Shown here piece after piece: positions 17,652 through 26,276 of a stretch of DNA of 50,704 nt. Below the pieces are notes generated by a model. It ran no database searches and was not told the DNA's origin. It saw only the letters and a program-made list of their open reading frames with translations. Both the position numbers and the translations under genes were made by a program. The DNA is taken from NCBI GenBank assembly GCA_030693145.1, contig JAUYBI010000021.1, positions 1 to 50,704 of the forward strand, given 5' to 3'. Position 1 is the stretch's first letter. Every line of letters begins with the position of its first letter. The stretch comes from Candidatus Omnitrophota bacterium. GTDB lineage: Bacteria; Omnitrophota; Gorgyraeia; Gygaellales; Profunditerraquicolaceae.

Positions 17652-17798
17652 ATAGAAACGGTTCTATTATTTCAGGGGCTGGATTTACTTAAGGGAATTT
17701 AACGTGGGCATTCAGATGTGGCGACGACATTGAGGTATTATGTGGATGTGTTTCCGGAAGACTTAGAAGAGGCGGCAGAGATGTTGGCGGAAAGGTAA
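17652..17798 (+). pseudogene. C-terminal remnant of a tyrosine recombinase/phage integrase (..LLFQGLDLLKGI*RGHSDVATTLRYYVDVFPEDLEEAAEMLAER*)
   Basis: Box II-like GHSDVATTLRYY motif with the catalytic Tyr region; in-frame TAA at 17700-17702; no N-terminal part present. Confidence 0.55.
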
Positions 17799-17987
17799 TT
17801 TAATTCTCATAAAAATATTTTTAGGTGTTATACGAAATGCGTATTTCCTGCTATTATAGAACAAGTACGAATATTGGGCTCAAAAAATACGCTATTTTGA
17901 ACAAGAACAGAAAGAGAGCAGTAGAAAATGCGAAGTTCGTCTATTAATTGTTAGATGAAAAAATATTAATATTAACAGGGGGGAGGC

Positions 17988-18341
17988 ATGAAACGATTAC
18001 TAAGCTATATTTTCATAGCAGGTGTATTTCTGTTAAACATTATTGGCGTGGTCAAAGCAGATTTGGCCACACCTTTTGTTGACACTGTTGAAGTTGGCGA
18101 AATATCGACAGGACGATGTTGGCTGATTTCTGAATATCAGAATGAGTATTTAGTTGTTGTTGCCACAGATACGTCAGAATTTATGATTCTATCAGCGATT
18201 GCTGCTGAAGGAGTCGTAGATGAATCCCTATTGGGTAAACCTGTTATACTAAAAGCAAAGGTTATGGAGAAGAAAATTCGGCCAGATGGCAAGCTGCATA
18301 TGCTACTTGAGATTTTATCAGTTAAGCCAGTTGTAATATAG
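17988..18341 (+). CDS. Small secreted protein of unknown function (117 aa)
   Basis: Signal peptide MKRLLSYIFIAGVFLLNIIGVVKA|D; SD GGGGGAGG upstream; no family recognised. Confidence 0.65.
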   Translation: MKRLLSYIFIAGVFLLNIIGVVKADLATPFVDTVEVGEISTGRCWLISEYQNEYLVVVATDTSEFMILSAIAAEGVVDESLLGKPVILKAKVMEKKIRPDGKLHMLLEILSVKPVVI

Positions 18342-18363
18342 GCAAGAGCGATATGCATTAGAT

Positions 18364-19107
18364 ATGGCTAATTATTTTGGCTTTATTGATGAAACAGGCG
18401 TACTACACAATGATCCAGATCAACGGTTCTTTGCGATAGGTCTGTTAAAGTGCGATGATACATCGGCTTTATACGAAGAATTTCGTATGTTAAAAAATAG
18501 GGCCGAATCAAAGCTTGATCTTGAAAGGCAAGTAAAAGGGCAACCGGTAAAGAAGGGGTGTTTTGAGTTTAAGTTTTCAAGTATTACTCGCGGATCCCAC
18601 GAATTCTATTATGATCTTATTAATTTGTATTTTAAATTTACAAAACTCCAATTCTGTAGTCTTGTGATTGATAAAACAAATCCTGGGGTTAAAATCGAAG
18701 ACGTTTTTTCAGACACTTGGGAAGCCTATATTGGTTATTCTAAAATGCTTATTAAAAATAATATGAACCCGGATGATAGGATATGTGTGGTTGCGGATTT
18801 TTTGGGAAAGCCGAAAACAAGCACTAAATATTATGAGCCGGAGATTAGATCATTGCCTACTGTTTATAATGCAACTGTGCTGGAGTCGCATGCATCACTC
18901 TTTATTCAGCTAGTAGACGTTATGATAGGATGTATTGTATTGGATTTTAAGAGAGACCGACAACCAGAGAGGAAAGCAGACGTGTTTAAAAGCAAGGTTT
19001 GCGATTTTCTGAAAGGTAAATTAGGAGTACAATCCTTAGCTAAGAATTTTACGAAGCATCAACCGAATTACTTTAGTGTGTGGGAGTTTAGTCCGAAGGA
19101 GAAATAA
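18364..19107 (+). CDS. DUF3800-like protein (247 aa)
   Basis: N-terminal FGFIDETG motif and distal SLFIQLVDVMIG motif, typical of the DUF3800 family; recognised by eye only. Confidence 0.6.
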   Translation: MANYFGFIDETGVLHNDPDQRFFAIGLLKCDDTSALYEEFRMLKNRAESKLDLERQVKGQPVKKGCFEFKFSSITRGSHEFYYDLINLYFKFTKLQFCSLVIDKTNPGVKIEDVFSDTWEAYIGYSKMLIKNNMNPDDRICVVADFLGKPKTSTKYYEPEIRSLPTVYNATVLESHASLFIQLVDVMIGCIVLDFKRDRQPERKADVFKSKVCDFLKGKLGVQSLAKNFTKHQPNYFSVWEFSPKEK

Positions 19108-19211
19108 AAAATGCGAGCCATCGACCCAGTCAACGCCCGCATTAAGAATATATCTTATAATGCGATATATGTCAAGGTTTTTATTAAATTTGAATTTAGC
19201 GGATGACTTGG

Positions 19212-19343
19212 CTTGTTTCGGAGCGCACGTGAGAATTTTGCGCGGGCACGGTCCCGCCACGATTCTTGGCGGGGAGCGCAAAATTCTCCTCGAGCGAAGA
19301 TTTTCCACGCTGGGGAAAATCGAGCGGTGCGCGGAGAAACAAG
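19212..19343 (+). ncRNA. Candidate structured RNA: three-way junction closed by CTTGTTTC..CGCAC / GTGCG..GAAACAAG; family unknown
   Basis: 13-bp stem 19231-19243/19276-19288 capped by the hairpin CCCGCCA/TGGCGGG; 8-bp hairpin 19299-19306/19314-19321; GC-rich; only overlapping junk ORFs on both strands. Confidence 0.35.
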
Positions 19344-19385
19344 ACAAGGCAGACGCTGAGAACATGACCCGCACAAGGTATTAAT

Positions 19386-19991
19386 ATGAAAAGTAAATTT
19401 ATTACATTTGAAGGTTCTGAAGGTTGCGGCAAGAGCACGCAGTCGGAGATGCTTTTTAATTATCTTAAGGCTAGGGGGGCCAAGGTAATTTATCTGCGTG
19501 AACCAGGCGGAGTAAGGCTAAGTGAGATGATCAGGACGATATTACTTGATCCTAAAAGCAGGATATCCGCTCAAGCAGAAACTTTGCTTTATATGGCGGC
19601 CCGGGCTCAGGTAGTTGAGGAGATAATCAAACCGGCGCTAGAGGCTAAAAAAATAGTTATTTGCGACAGATTCCTTGATTCTACCATTGCTTATCAGGGG
19701 TTTGGGTTAGGTGTAGATATAAAGTTAATTAAGTTCTTGAGTAATTTTGCCACGCAAGGCATTAAACCGGATTTAACTATTCTTTTAGATTTACCGGTAA
19801 AAAGCGGGCTTAAGCATCGGCAGAATTGCCGGGATCGTATTGAACAGCGCTGCCTGAGTTATCATGAAAAGGTCAGGAAGGGGTACTTGCTATTGGCTAA
19901 AGAAGAGCCGCAAAGGATTAAGGTGGTTAAGGTGCTGGAAGATAAGTTTAAGACGCAAAATAAAATCAGGGAGATAGTGAATGCGCTTTAG
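19386..19991 (+). CDS. tmk: Thymidylate kinase
   Basis: FITFEGSEGCGKST P-loop, DRF motif. Confidence 0.95.
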   Translation: MKSKFITFEGSEGCGKSTQSEMLFNYLKARGAKVIYLREPGGVRLSEMIRTILLDPKSRISAQAETLLYMAARAQVVEEIIKPALEAKKIVICDRFLDSTIAYQGFGLGVDIKLIKFLSNFATQGIKPDLTILLDLPVKSGLKHRQNCRDRIEQRCLSYHEKVRKGYLLLAKEEPQRIKVVKVLEDKFKTQNKIREIVNAL

Positions 19992-20940
19992 CGATTGTTT
20001 GGGCCATGACCGGCCATTAACTATTATTAAGGCGCATTTGGAAAATCACCGTTTTTCCGGGTCATATATCTTTAGCGGCCCGGAGGGAATCGGCAAACGG
20101 ATGGTTGCTAAAATCGTTGCCCAGGAATTAAACTGCACGGGGCAAACTAATAAACCGTGCGGACTCTGTGATTCCTGCCGTAAAATTGAAAAGTCAGAGC
20201 ATCCGGATTTGCATATTATAGAACACGGCGAATCTCAGATAAAAATTGAAGAAATCCGCGGTATTCTGCGGCAGGCAAGTTTTCGGCCATACGAGGGGAG
20301 AGTTAAGGTTTTTATTATTGATAACGCCCATGCGCTTAATTCCGAGGCAGCCAACTCTTTGCTCAAAGTATTAGAGGAGCCGCCGCCGGATGTGTTGATT
20401 ATTCTGGTTACGCATAAGCCTCAAAATATTATCAAAACCGTGCTTTCCCGCTGCAAACTGATAAAGTTCTGTCCTCTGGTGAGAGCCCGGTTAGAAACTG
20501 TTTTGATTAAAAATTATGCTTTAGATAAAGCCGCCGCGCATTTTCTGGCTTTTTACGCTGAGGGCAGATTAGGTTTAGCCTTAAGATTAAAGGATACCCC
20601 GTTACTGCAGGAGAAGAATAAAATATTTGATTCTTTTATTCTTTCGGCAAAACCGCTGGATCGTAATATTATGGGCCAAAACAAGGAGCAACTGCGGGTG
20701 AGTTTGAATATCCTGGCATCCTGGTTCAGGGATATATATTTACTAAAATGCGGCGCAAGCAATCAAGAGGCAATTCATTTAGACCGGCATAGTGATTTAC
20801 TAAAAATAATTCCTAAGTTTTCCTTTAAGCAATTGGATGAGATTATGGCTACGCTTTCGGAAAGCTTTCTGTATTTAGAGAGGAATATTAATAGTAAGTT
20901 AATTTTGCATAATTTAGGAGCGCAACTATGGAAGGCATGA
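19981..20940 (+). CDS. holB: DNA polymerase III delta' subunit
   Basis: GPEGIGKR P-loop-like motif, zinc module CGLCDSC, VLSRC motif. Confidence 0.85.
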   Translation: MRFSDCLGHDRPLTIIKAHLENHRFSGSYIFSGPEGIGKRMVAKIVAQELNCTGQTNKPCGLCDSCRKIEKSEHPDLHIIEHGESQIKIEEIRGILRQASFRPYEGRVKVFIIDNAHALNSEAANSLLKVLEEPPPDVLIILVTHKPQNIIKTVLSRCKLIKFCPLVRARLETVLIKNYALDKAAAHFLAFYAEGRLGLALRLKDTPLLQEKNKIFDSFILSAKPLDRNIMGQNKEQLRVSLNILASWFRDIYLLKCGASNQEAIHLDRHSDLLKIIPKFSFKQLDEIMATLSESFLYLERNINSKLILHNLGAQLWKA

Positions 20941-21734
20941 TTCTGGTTAAGCTTAATAATTCCGGTATGGTGCAATTTTATCAGGCAGGTAATTTAATTT
21001 TAAAAGTCGGTGATCAGGTGATTGTTGAACATGATCGGGGCCTGGATTGCGGATGCGTGATTCCGGCGGGGCACGCGCACTGCTGCGCTGAGGATATTCC
21101 CAAAGAGCCGCCGAAAAGAATAATTCGTTTGGCCAAGGAAAGCGACCTAAAGCAGGTTGGCGATAACGCGATTAAAGCCAAGGAAGCATTTGGCGCCTGT
21201 GAAAAGAAGATCTCTGAACATAAATTAGAGATGAAGTTGGTTAAGGCGGAGTATTCTTTTGACCGTTCCAAAATCCTGTTTTATTTTACTTCCGATGGCC
21301 GGGTAGATTTTCGTAATCTGGTTAAAGATTTAGCTAAAGTGTTTAAGGCGCGGATTGAATTAAGGCAGATCGGGGTCAGGGATGAGGCCAGGATTTTCGG
21401 CGGATATGGTTCATGCGGCCGCGAGCTTTGCTGTAAAAAATTCTTAAAAGATTTTGAGCCGGTAACGATCAAGATGGCCAAAGAAGAGGGGTTACCGTTA
21501 AATCCTCCTAAAATTTCCGGCTTATGCGGAAGGTTGATGTGTTGTTTATCTTACGAATATGAAACTTATAAAATACTTTCTAAGGGGCTGCCGCGCGAAG
21601 GGGAGCATTTAAATACCGCCGAGGGTAAGGGCAGGGTAATTAATGTGAATGTTTTTAAACGCTTAGTTAGCGTGCAGCTTGACGAGGGTGGTTATATTGA
21701 GGTAAGTTATAAGGAAAAAGATCATGTTCAATAA
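20928..21734 (+). CDS. ricT: PSP1-domain protein (YaaT/RicT-like)
   Basis: PSP1 C-terminal domain with a Cys-rich cluster (GSCGRELCC...GLCGRLMCCL); same position as Bacillus yaaT. Confidence 0.8.
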   Translation: MEGMILVKLNNSGMVQFYQAGNLILKVGDQVIVEHDRGLDCGCVIPAGHAHCCAEDIPKEPPKRIIRLAKESDLKQVGDNAIKAKEAFGACEKKISEHKLEMKLVKAEYSFDRSKILFYFTSDGRVDFRNLVKDLAKVFKARIELRQIGVRDEARIFGGYGSCGRELCCKKFLKDFEPVTIKMAKEEGLPLNPPKISGLCGRLMCCLSYEYETYKILSKGLPREGEHLNTAEGKGRVINVNVFKRLVSVQLDEGGYIEVSYKEKDHVQ

Positions 21735-23259
21735 ATTCTATATTACTACTCCTATTTATTATGTGAATGCCTCTCCGCATATCGGGCATTCCTATACGAA
21801 TATTGCTGCAGACGCCCTGGCGCGTTATAACCGTAAGATTTTGGGAAAAGAAAATGTCTGGTTTCTTACCGGAACGGATGAACACGGCCAGAAGATTAAG
21901 AAAGCGGCCGATGAGGCCAAACTTTCACCTGTTGAATTTGTCGATAAAGTAGTGCTGCAATTTAGAGATTTGTGGAAGAAACTTGAGATATCCCATGATG
22001 ATTTTATCCGCACGACCCAGGATCGGCACATTAAATTCGTGCAAAAGGCGCTGCAGATTGTATATGCTCAAGGTGATATTTACGAGGGTAAATACGAGGG
22101 TTGGTATTGTACCCCTTGTGAAACATTCTGGCCGCTTTCGCAGATTACTGATAATTTATGCCCGGATTGCAAACGCCTCCTTGAAAAGATCAGCGAAACT
22201 AATTTTTTCTTTAAATTATCAAAATACCAGGACTGGCTGATTAAATATATTAAAGATACCGAAAAAAATCCGGAGCGGATTCATTATATCCAGCCGGCAA
22301 GCAGGAGAAACGAGGTTTTAAGTTTCTTAGAGAATAATAAGCTGGAGGATCTTTGTATATCCAGGCCTATAGAGCGGCTTAGTTGGGGCATACCTTTACC
22401 GTTTAGCCCAAAGCATGTTACCTATGTCTGGTTTGATGCCCTGATTAATTATATTAGTGCGGTTGGGCAGTTTGACGCGCAGAATATTTACCGCTCAGAT
22501 TGGTGGGCTAAAGATGTGAGAGTAGTGCAACTGGTAGGCAAAGATATTTTAAGGCATCATGCGGTTTATTGGCCGATTATGCTGGAGGCCTTAGGCATCA
22601 GGCAGCCGGATACTATATTTGCTCATGGCTGGTGGATGATGAATGAGGATAAGATGTCAAAATCGCGCGGTAATGTAGTTAATCCCAGCCAAGTGGCCGA
22701 TAAATTCGGCGTCGATGTATACCGTTATTTTCTGCTGCGGGATGTACCCTTTGGTTTAGATGGTAACTTTTCTGAAGAATCGATTATTAAGAGATTTAAC
22801 GGAGATCTGGCTAATGATTTAGGGAACCTTATTTACCGCACACTGACCATGGTGGAAAAGTATTACGCCGGGATAATTCCGGAATTGGATATTTACAAGG
22901 CCAAATATGATGCCAGCGGTGAAAATATAAAACAGAAAATAAAAGATTTGCATCAGGCGGTTTATACACCGTTAAGTCGGAATAATGATTTTAGTTTAGC
23001 GTTTGAGAAAATTTGGGAAGTTATCGGCATAACGAATAAATATGTTGAAGAGACTAAACCCTGGAACCTGGTAAAAGAAGGTAAAGATGAGCAGCTTAAA
23101 GCTTTTATCCGGTTACTGGTTGAGGCGATTAGAGCAGTGGGGCAGGAGATCGCTCCGTTTATGCCCAAGACGGCGGAATCCATACTATTGCAATTAGGTA
23201 GCCCTAAGATTAATAAAACTGATCCGCTATTCCCGCGTATTGAAATTAAAAAAAAGTAG
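21724..23259 (+). CDS. metG: Methionyl-tRNA synthetase (short form, no C-terminal tRNA-binding domain)
   Basis: HIGH (PHIGHSY), zinc knuckle (CTPCE...CPDC), KMSKS. Confidence 0.95.
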   Translation: MFNKFYITTPIYYVNASPHIGHSYTNIAADALARYNRKILGKENVWFLTGTDEHGQKIKKAADEAKLSPVEFVDKVVLQFRDLWKKLEISHDDFIRTTQDRHIKFVQKALQIVYAQGDIYEGKYEGWYCTPCETFWPLSQITDNLCPDCKRLLEKISETNFFFKLSKYQDWLIKYIKDTEKNPERIHYIQPASRRNEVLSFLENNKLEDLCISRPIERLSWGIPLPFSPKHVTYVWFDALINYISAVGQFDAQNIYRSDWWAKDVRVVQLVGKDILRHHAVYWPIMLEALGIRQPDTIFAHGWWMMNEDKMSKSRGNVVNPSQVADKFGVDVYRYFLLRDVPFGLDGNFSEESIIKRFNGDLANDLGNLIYRTLTMVEKYYAGIIPELDIYKAKYDASGENIKQKIKDLHQAVYTPLSRNNDFSLAFEKIWEVIGITNKYVEETKPWNLVKEGKDEQLKAFIRLLVEAIRAVGQEIAPFMPKTAESILLQLGSPKINKTDPLFPRIEIKKK

Positions 23260-23265
23260 CTAATC

Positions 23266-24027
23266 ATGCTGATTGATACGCATTGTCATCTTGATTTTCC
23301 CGCCTTTGATCCGGATCGCGGCCAGGTTATCCGGCGTGCCCTGGAAGCAGGAATAAATTATTTTATTAATATTGGTGCGACCTTGGAGTCTTCAGCTGCT
23401 TCTTGTGAGCTGGCTCAGAAACATCCGGAAATTTACGCTACGGTGGGTTTGCATCCGCATGATGCGGATACTTTTGATTCTTCCTCAGCAGAAAAGTTAA
23501 GGCAAATGGCTTCCGGGAAAAAAGTGGTGGCGATCGGCGAGACAGGCCTGGATCATTACCGTAATCTATCCGGTAAAGAAAATCAAAAGCAGGCATTTCT
23601 TAAGCAGATTGCTTTAGCTAAAGAGCTTAATTTGCCGGTAGTGGTACATTGTCGTCAGGCCGAAGAAGAAACTCTGCGGATTTTAAAAGCGGCTTTGCCG
23701 CTTGAGGCAGTGGTGCATTGTTTTTCCGGAGATAAAAGTTTTTTACAAGAATGTTTAGGGTGTGGATTTTTTATCTCTTTTACCTGCAATATTACTTATA
23801 AGAAAGCTCAAGGCCTAAGAGATATGGTTAGCCTGACTCCGCTGGATAAGTTGATGCTTGAGACCGACGCGCCGTATTTATCTCCGGAAGGATTCCGGGG
23901 AAAACGCAATGAGCCGTTTCAGATAAAATTACTGGCTGATGAGGTCAGCCGGATCAAAGGGGTAAGTTTTGAAGAGATTGCAGGCAGGACAACTCAAAAC
24001 GCAAAGGAATTTTTTAATTTAGGATGA
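23266..24027 (+). CDS. tatD: TatD-family metal-dependent hydrolase/DNase
   Basis: IDTHCHLD start and conserved His/Asp pattern; 253 aa. Confidence 0.9.
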   Translation: MLIDTHCHLDFPAFDPDRGQVIRRALEAGINYFINIGATLESSAASCELAQKHPEIYATVGLHPHDADTFDSSSAEKLRQMASGKKVVAIGETGLDHYRNLSGKENQKQAFLKQIALAKELNLPVVVHCRQAEEETLRILKAALPLEAVVHCFSGDKSFLQECLGCGFFISFTCNITYKKAQGLRDMVSLTPLDKLMLETDAPYLSPEGFRGKRNEPFQIKLLADEVSRIKGVSFEEIAGRTTQNAKEFFNLG

Positions 24028-25145
24028 GTACAAAAGTTTCCATAGTTAAATGCGCCAGTTATGAACCGGCAATAGTGGAGTTGGCGATCAGGAATACGGT
24101 TAATCTTTTAGGCGGGATCACTAATTTTATTAAGCCCGGCTCCCGCGTGTTGGTAAAGCCTAATCTTTTAATGTCCAAGGGGCCGGAGTGCGCTATTACT
24201 ACTCATCCGGAAGTAGTCAGAGCGGTTATTCATCTATTACAGGAAATAAACTGCAAGATTATTGTCGGGGATGGGCCCAGTGTTTGGGGCCAGTATATTG
24301 AAAACGTAGAAGAGGTTTATAAAATTACCGGTATCCGCGGCGTTTGTCAGGATGAGGGCGTATCCCTGGAAATTTTTGATAAGCGCCGGATGCGTAATAA
24401 ATTTCCCCTTACCGTTTGGCTTGATGAATGCGATTATTTAATCAGCCTGCCTAAATTCAAAACCCACGAATTTACTTTACTTACCGGGGCAATCAAGAAT
24501 CTTTTTGGCCTGGTTTCCGGGACCTATAAAACCGAGTTGCATAAGAATTATTTTTCCCCGGCTGACTTTGCTAAGATCCTGGTGGATATCTATCAGGAGG
24601 CCAAGCCTGCCTTAACGATTATTGACGGGATATTAGCCATGGAAGGGGATGGGCCGGCTACCGGCGGAATAGCCCGCCAGCTTGATCTTTTGCTTGCCGG
24701 TTCAGATTGCGTGGCCTTAGATGCGGTGATGGCCAGAATAATGGGGATTGATAATTACGAAGTATTGACCACTAAAGAAGCAGCTATGCGGGGATTGGGA
24801 GAGAATAAAATTAATCGCATCAAAATAGAGGGAGAAGATATTGATAAGTTGAATATTCGCCCGTTTATTTTGCCGAAAAATTCAGCTAAAGTAATTAATC
24901 TGCCTCCAATCATAAAGAAAATATTTAAATCTTTAGTCAGATATTATCCTTATTCATTGCGTTTAAAATGTACGCGCTGCGGCCACTGCGTTAAAGTTTG
25001 CCCGAAGAGTTGTATTGTGCTCAGGAAAAGCGGGATTAAAATTGATTATAATAAATGTATTGCTTGTTTTTGCTGCCAAGAGGCTTGTCCGGAGGCAGCG
25101 ATCAAAGTTAGAAAAAGTATTTTGGCTAAATTTATAGGATTATAA
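24024..25145 (+). CDS. DUF362-domain protein with a C-terminal 2x[4Fe-4S] ferredoxin domain
   Basis: DUF362-like core; CTRCGHCVKVCP and CIACFCCQEACP motifs. Confidence 0.75.
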   Translation: MSTKVSIVKCASYEPAIVELAIRNTVNLLGGITNFIKPGSRVLVKPNLLMSKGPECAITTHPEVVRAVIHLLQEINCKIIVGDGPSVWGQYIENVEEVYKITGIRGVCQDEGVSLEIFDKRRMRNKFPLTVWLDECDYLISLPKFKTHEFTLLTGAIKNLFGLVSGTYKTELHKNYFSPADFAKILVDIYQEAKPALTIIDGILAMEGDGPATGGIARQLDLLLAGSDCVALDAVMARIMGIDNYEVLTTKEAAMRGLGENKINRIKIEGEDIDKLNIRPFILPKNSAKVINLPPIIKKIFKSLVRYYPYSLRLKCTRCGHCVKVCPKSCIVLRKSGIKIDYNKCIACFCCQEACPEAAIKVRKSILAKFIGL

Positions 25146-25149
25146 TGAT

Positions 25150-25219
25150 ATTAGCGGGTGGCTTGGGTGTTTTTGCAGCGCGTCAGCGCAAAAAAATACC
25201 CAAGACAGGACCCGCTAAT
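25150..25219. repeat. 70-nt imperfect palindrome between DUF362 and mtnA (ATTAGCGGGT..CTTGGGT..TTTTTGC / GCAAAAA..ACCCAAG..ACCCGCTAAT)
   Basis: Three complementary arm segments read directly. Confidence 0.7.
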
Positions 25220-25229
25220 AATTGATAAT

Positions 25230-26276
25230 ATGAATATCCGTACGATAGACTGGAAGAATAACAAAATCAGATTAATCGATCAAACTAAATTACCGCTCAA
25301 GTTAGTTTATATTGATATTGATAATCTTAAGAGTTTATGGAAGGCAATCAAGATAATGCGGGTGCGGGGTGCTCCGGCATTAGGTGTGGCTGCGGGTTTA
25401 GGGATGTATTTAGGTATCAAAGATTATCGTGGTTCTGATTGGTTGGGGTTTAGCCGGAGATTAAATAAAGCGGCTAAATATATTGCCAGTTCCCGTCCGA
25501 CAGCCAGGAATTTATTCTGGGGCATTGAGAGGATATGCCGGGTTGCTGGAAATAATAAAAAGCAGCCAATCGCTAAGATTAAAAAAATTATTCTTGCCGA
25601 AGGTAAAAAGATTATGCAAGAGGATATGTCCTCTTGCCGTAAAATCGGCTCTTACGGCGCAAAGTTACTTAAAGATAACAGCACGGTTTTGACAATCTGC
25701 AATGCCGGAATTTTAGCCACCATTGATTATGGCACTGCCTTGGGAGTTATTTATTCTGCTGTAGGCCGAGGGAAGAAAATTAAAGTTTTCTCTTGCGAAA
25801 CGCGGCCTTTACTGCAAGGCGCGCGTTTATCTACCTGGGAGTTGTATAAACAAGGCATAGATGTTACCTTGATTGCCGATAATACTGCGGCTAAACTCAT
25901 GGGTGATGGACAGGTCGATCTGGTAATTACCGGAGCAGACCGGATTGCCGCAAACGGAGATTCCGCTAATAAAATCGGTACTTTTAATCTGGCAGTTTTA
26001 GCCAAATATCATAAGATACCTTTTTATGTTGCCGCGCCTCAGAGCACTTTTGATTTAACGATAAAAGATAAAGCCGGTATTAAGATTGAAATGCGTAAGC
26101 CTGAAGAAATAACTAGTATTTTATTTAAAAAGGATATTGCTCCGAAAAAGGCCAGGGTGCTTAATCCTGCTTTTGATGTTACTCCGCATCAGTTAATTAG
26201 CGGTTTGATCACGGATAAAGGAATTATCCGGCAGCTATATTTTAAGAACATTAGCAAAATTTTTTTTGGTAAATAA
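25230..26276 (+). CDS. mtnA: S-methyl-5-thioribose-1-phosphate isomerase (eIF-2B alpha/beta/delta-like family)
   Basis: IDQTKLP, VRGAPALG, GADRIAANGD motifs; start placed at the ATG at 25230 (MNIRTIDW). Confidence 0.85.
   Translation: MNIRTIDWKNNKIRLIDQTKLPLKLVYIDIDNLKSLWKAIKIMRVRGAPALGVAAGLGMYLGIKDYRGSDWLGFSRRLNKAAKYIASSRPTARNLFWGIERICRVAGNNKKQPIAKIKKIILAEGKKIMQEDMSSCRKIGSYGAKLLKDNSTVLTICNAGILATIDYGTALGVIYSAVGRGKKIKVFSCETRPLLQGARLSTWELYKQGIDVTLIADNTAAKLMGDGQVDLVITGADRIAANGDSANKIGTFNLAVLAKYHKIPFYVAAPQSTFDLTIKDKAGIKIEMRKPEEITSILFKKDIAPKKARVLNPAFDVTPHQLISGLITDKGIIRQLYFKNISKIFFGK

Noticed and set aside
19036-19438. Four mutually overlapping ORFs on both strands in the 19.0-19.4 kb spacer
   Set aside because: The translations are Arg/Pro/Cys-rich, overlap in several frames and coincide with extensive base-paired stems. 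This is more consistent with structured non-coding DNA or RNA.
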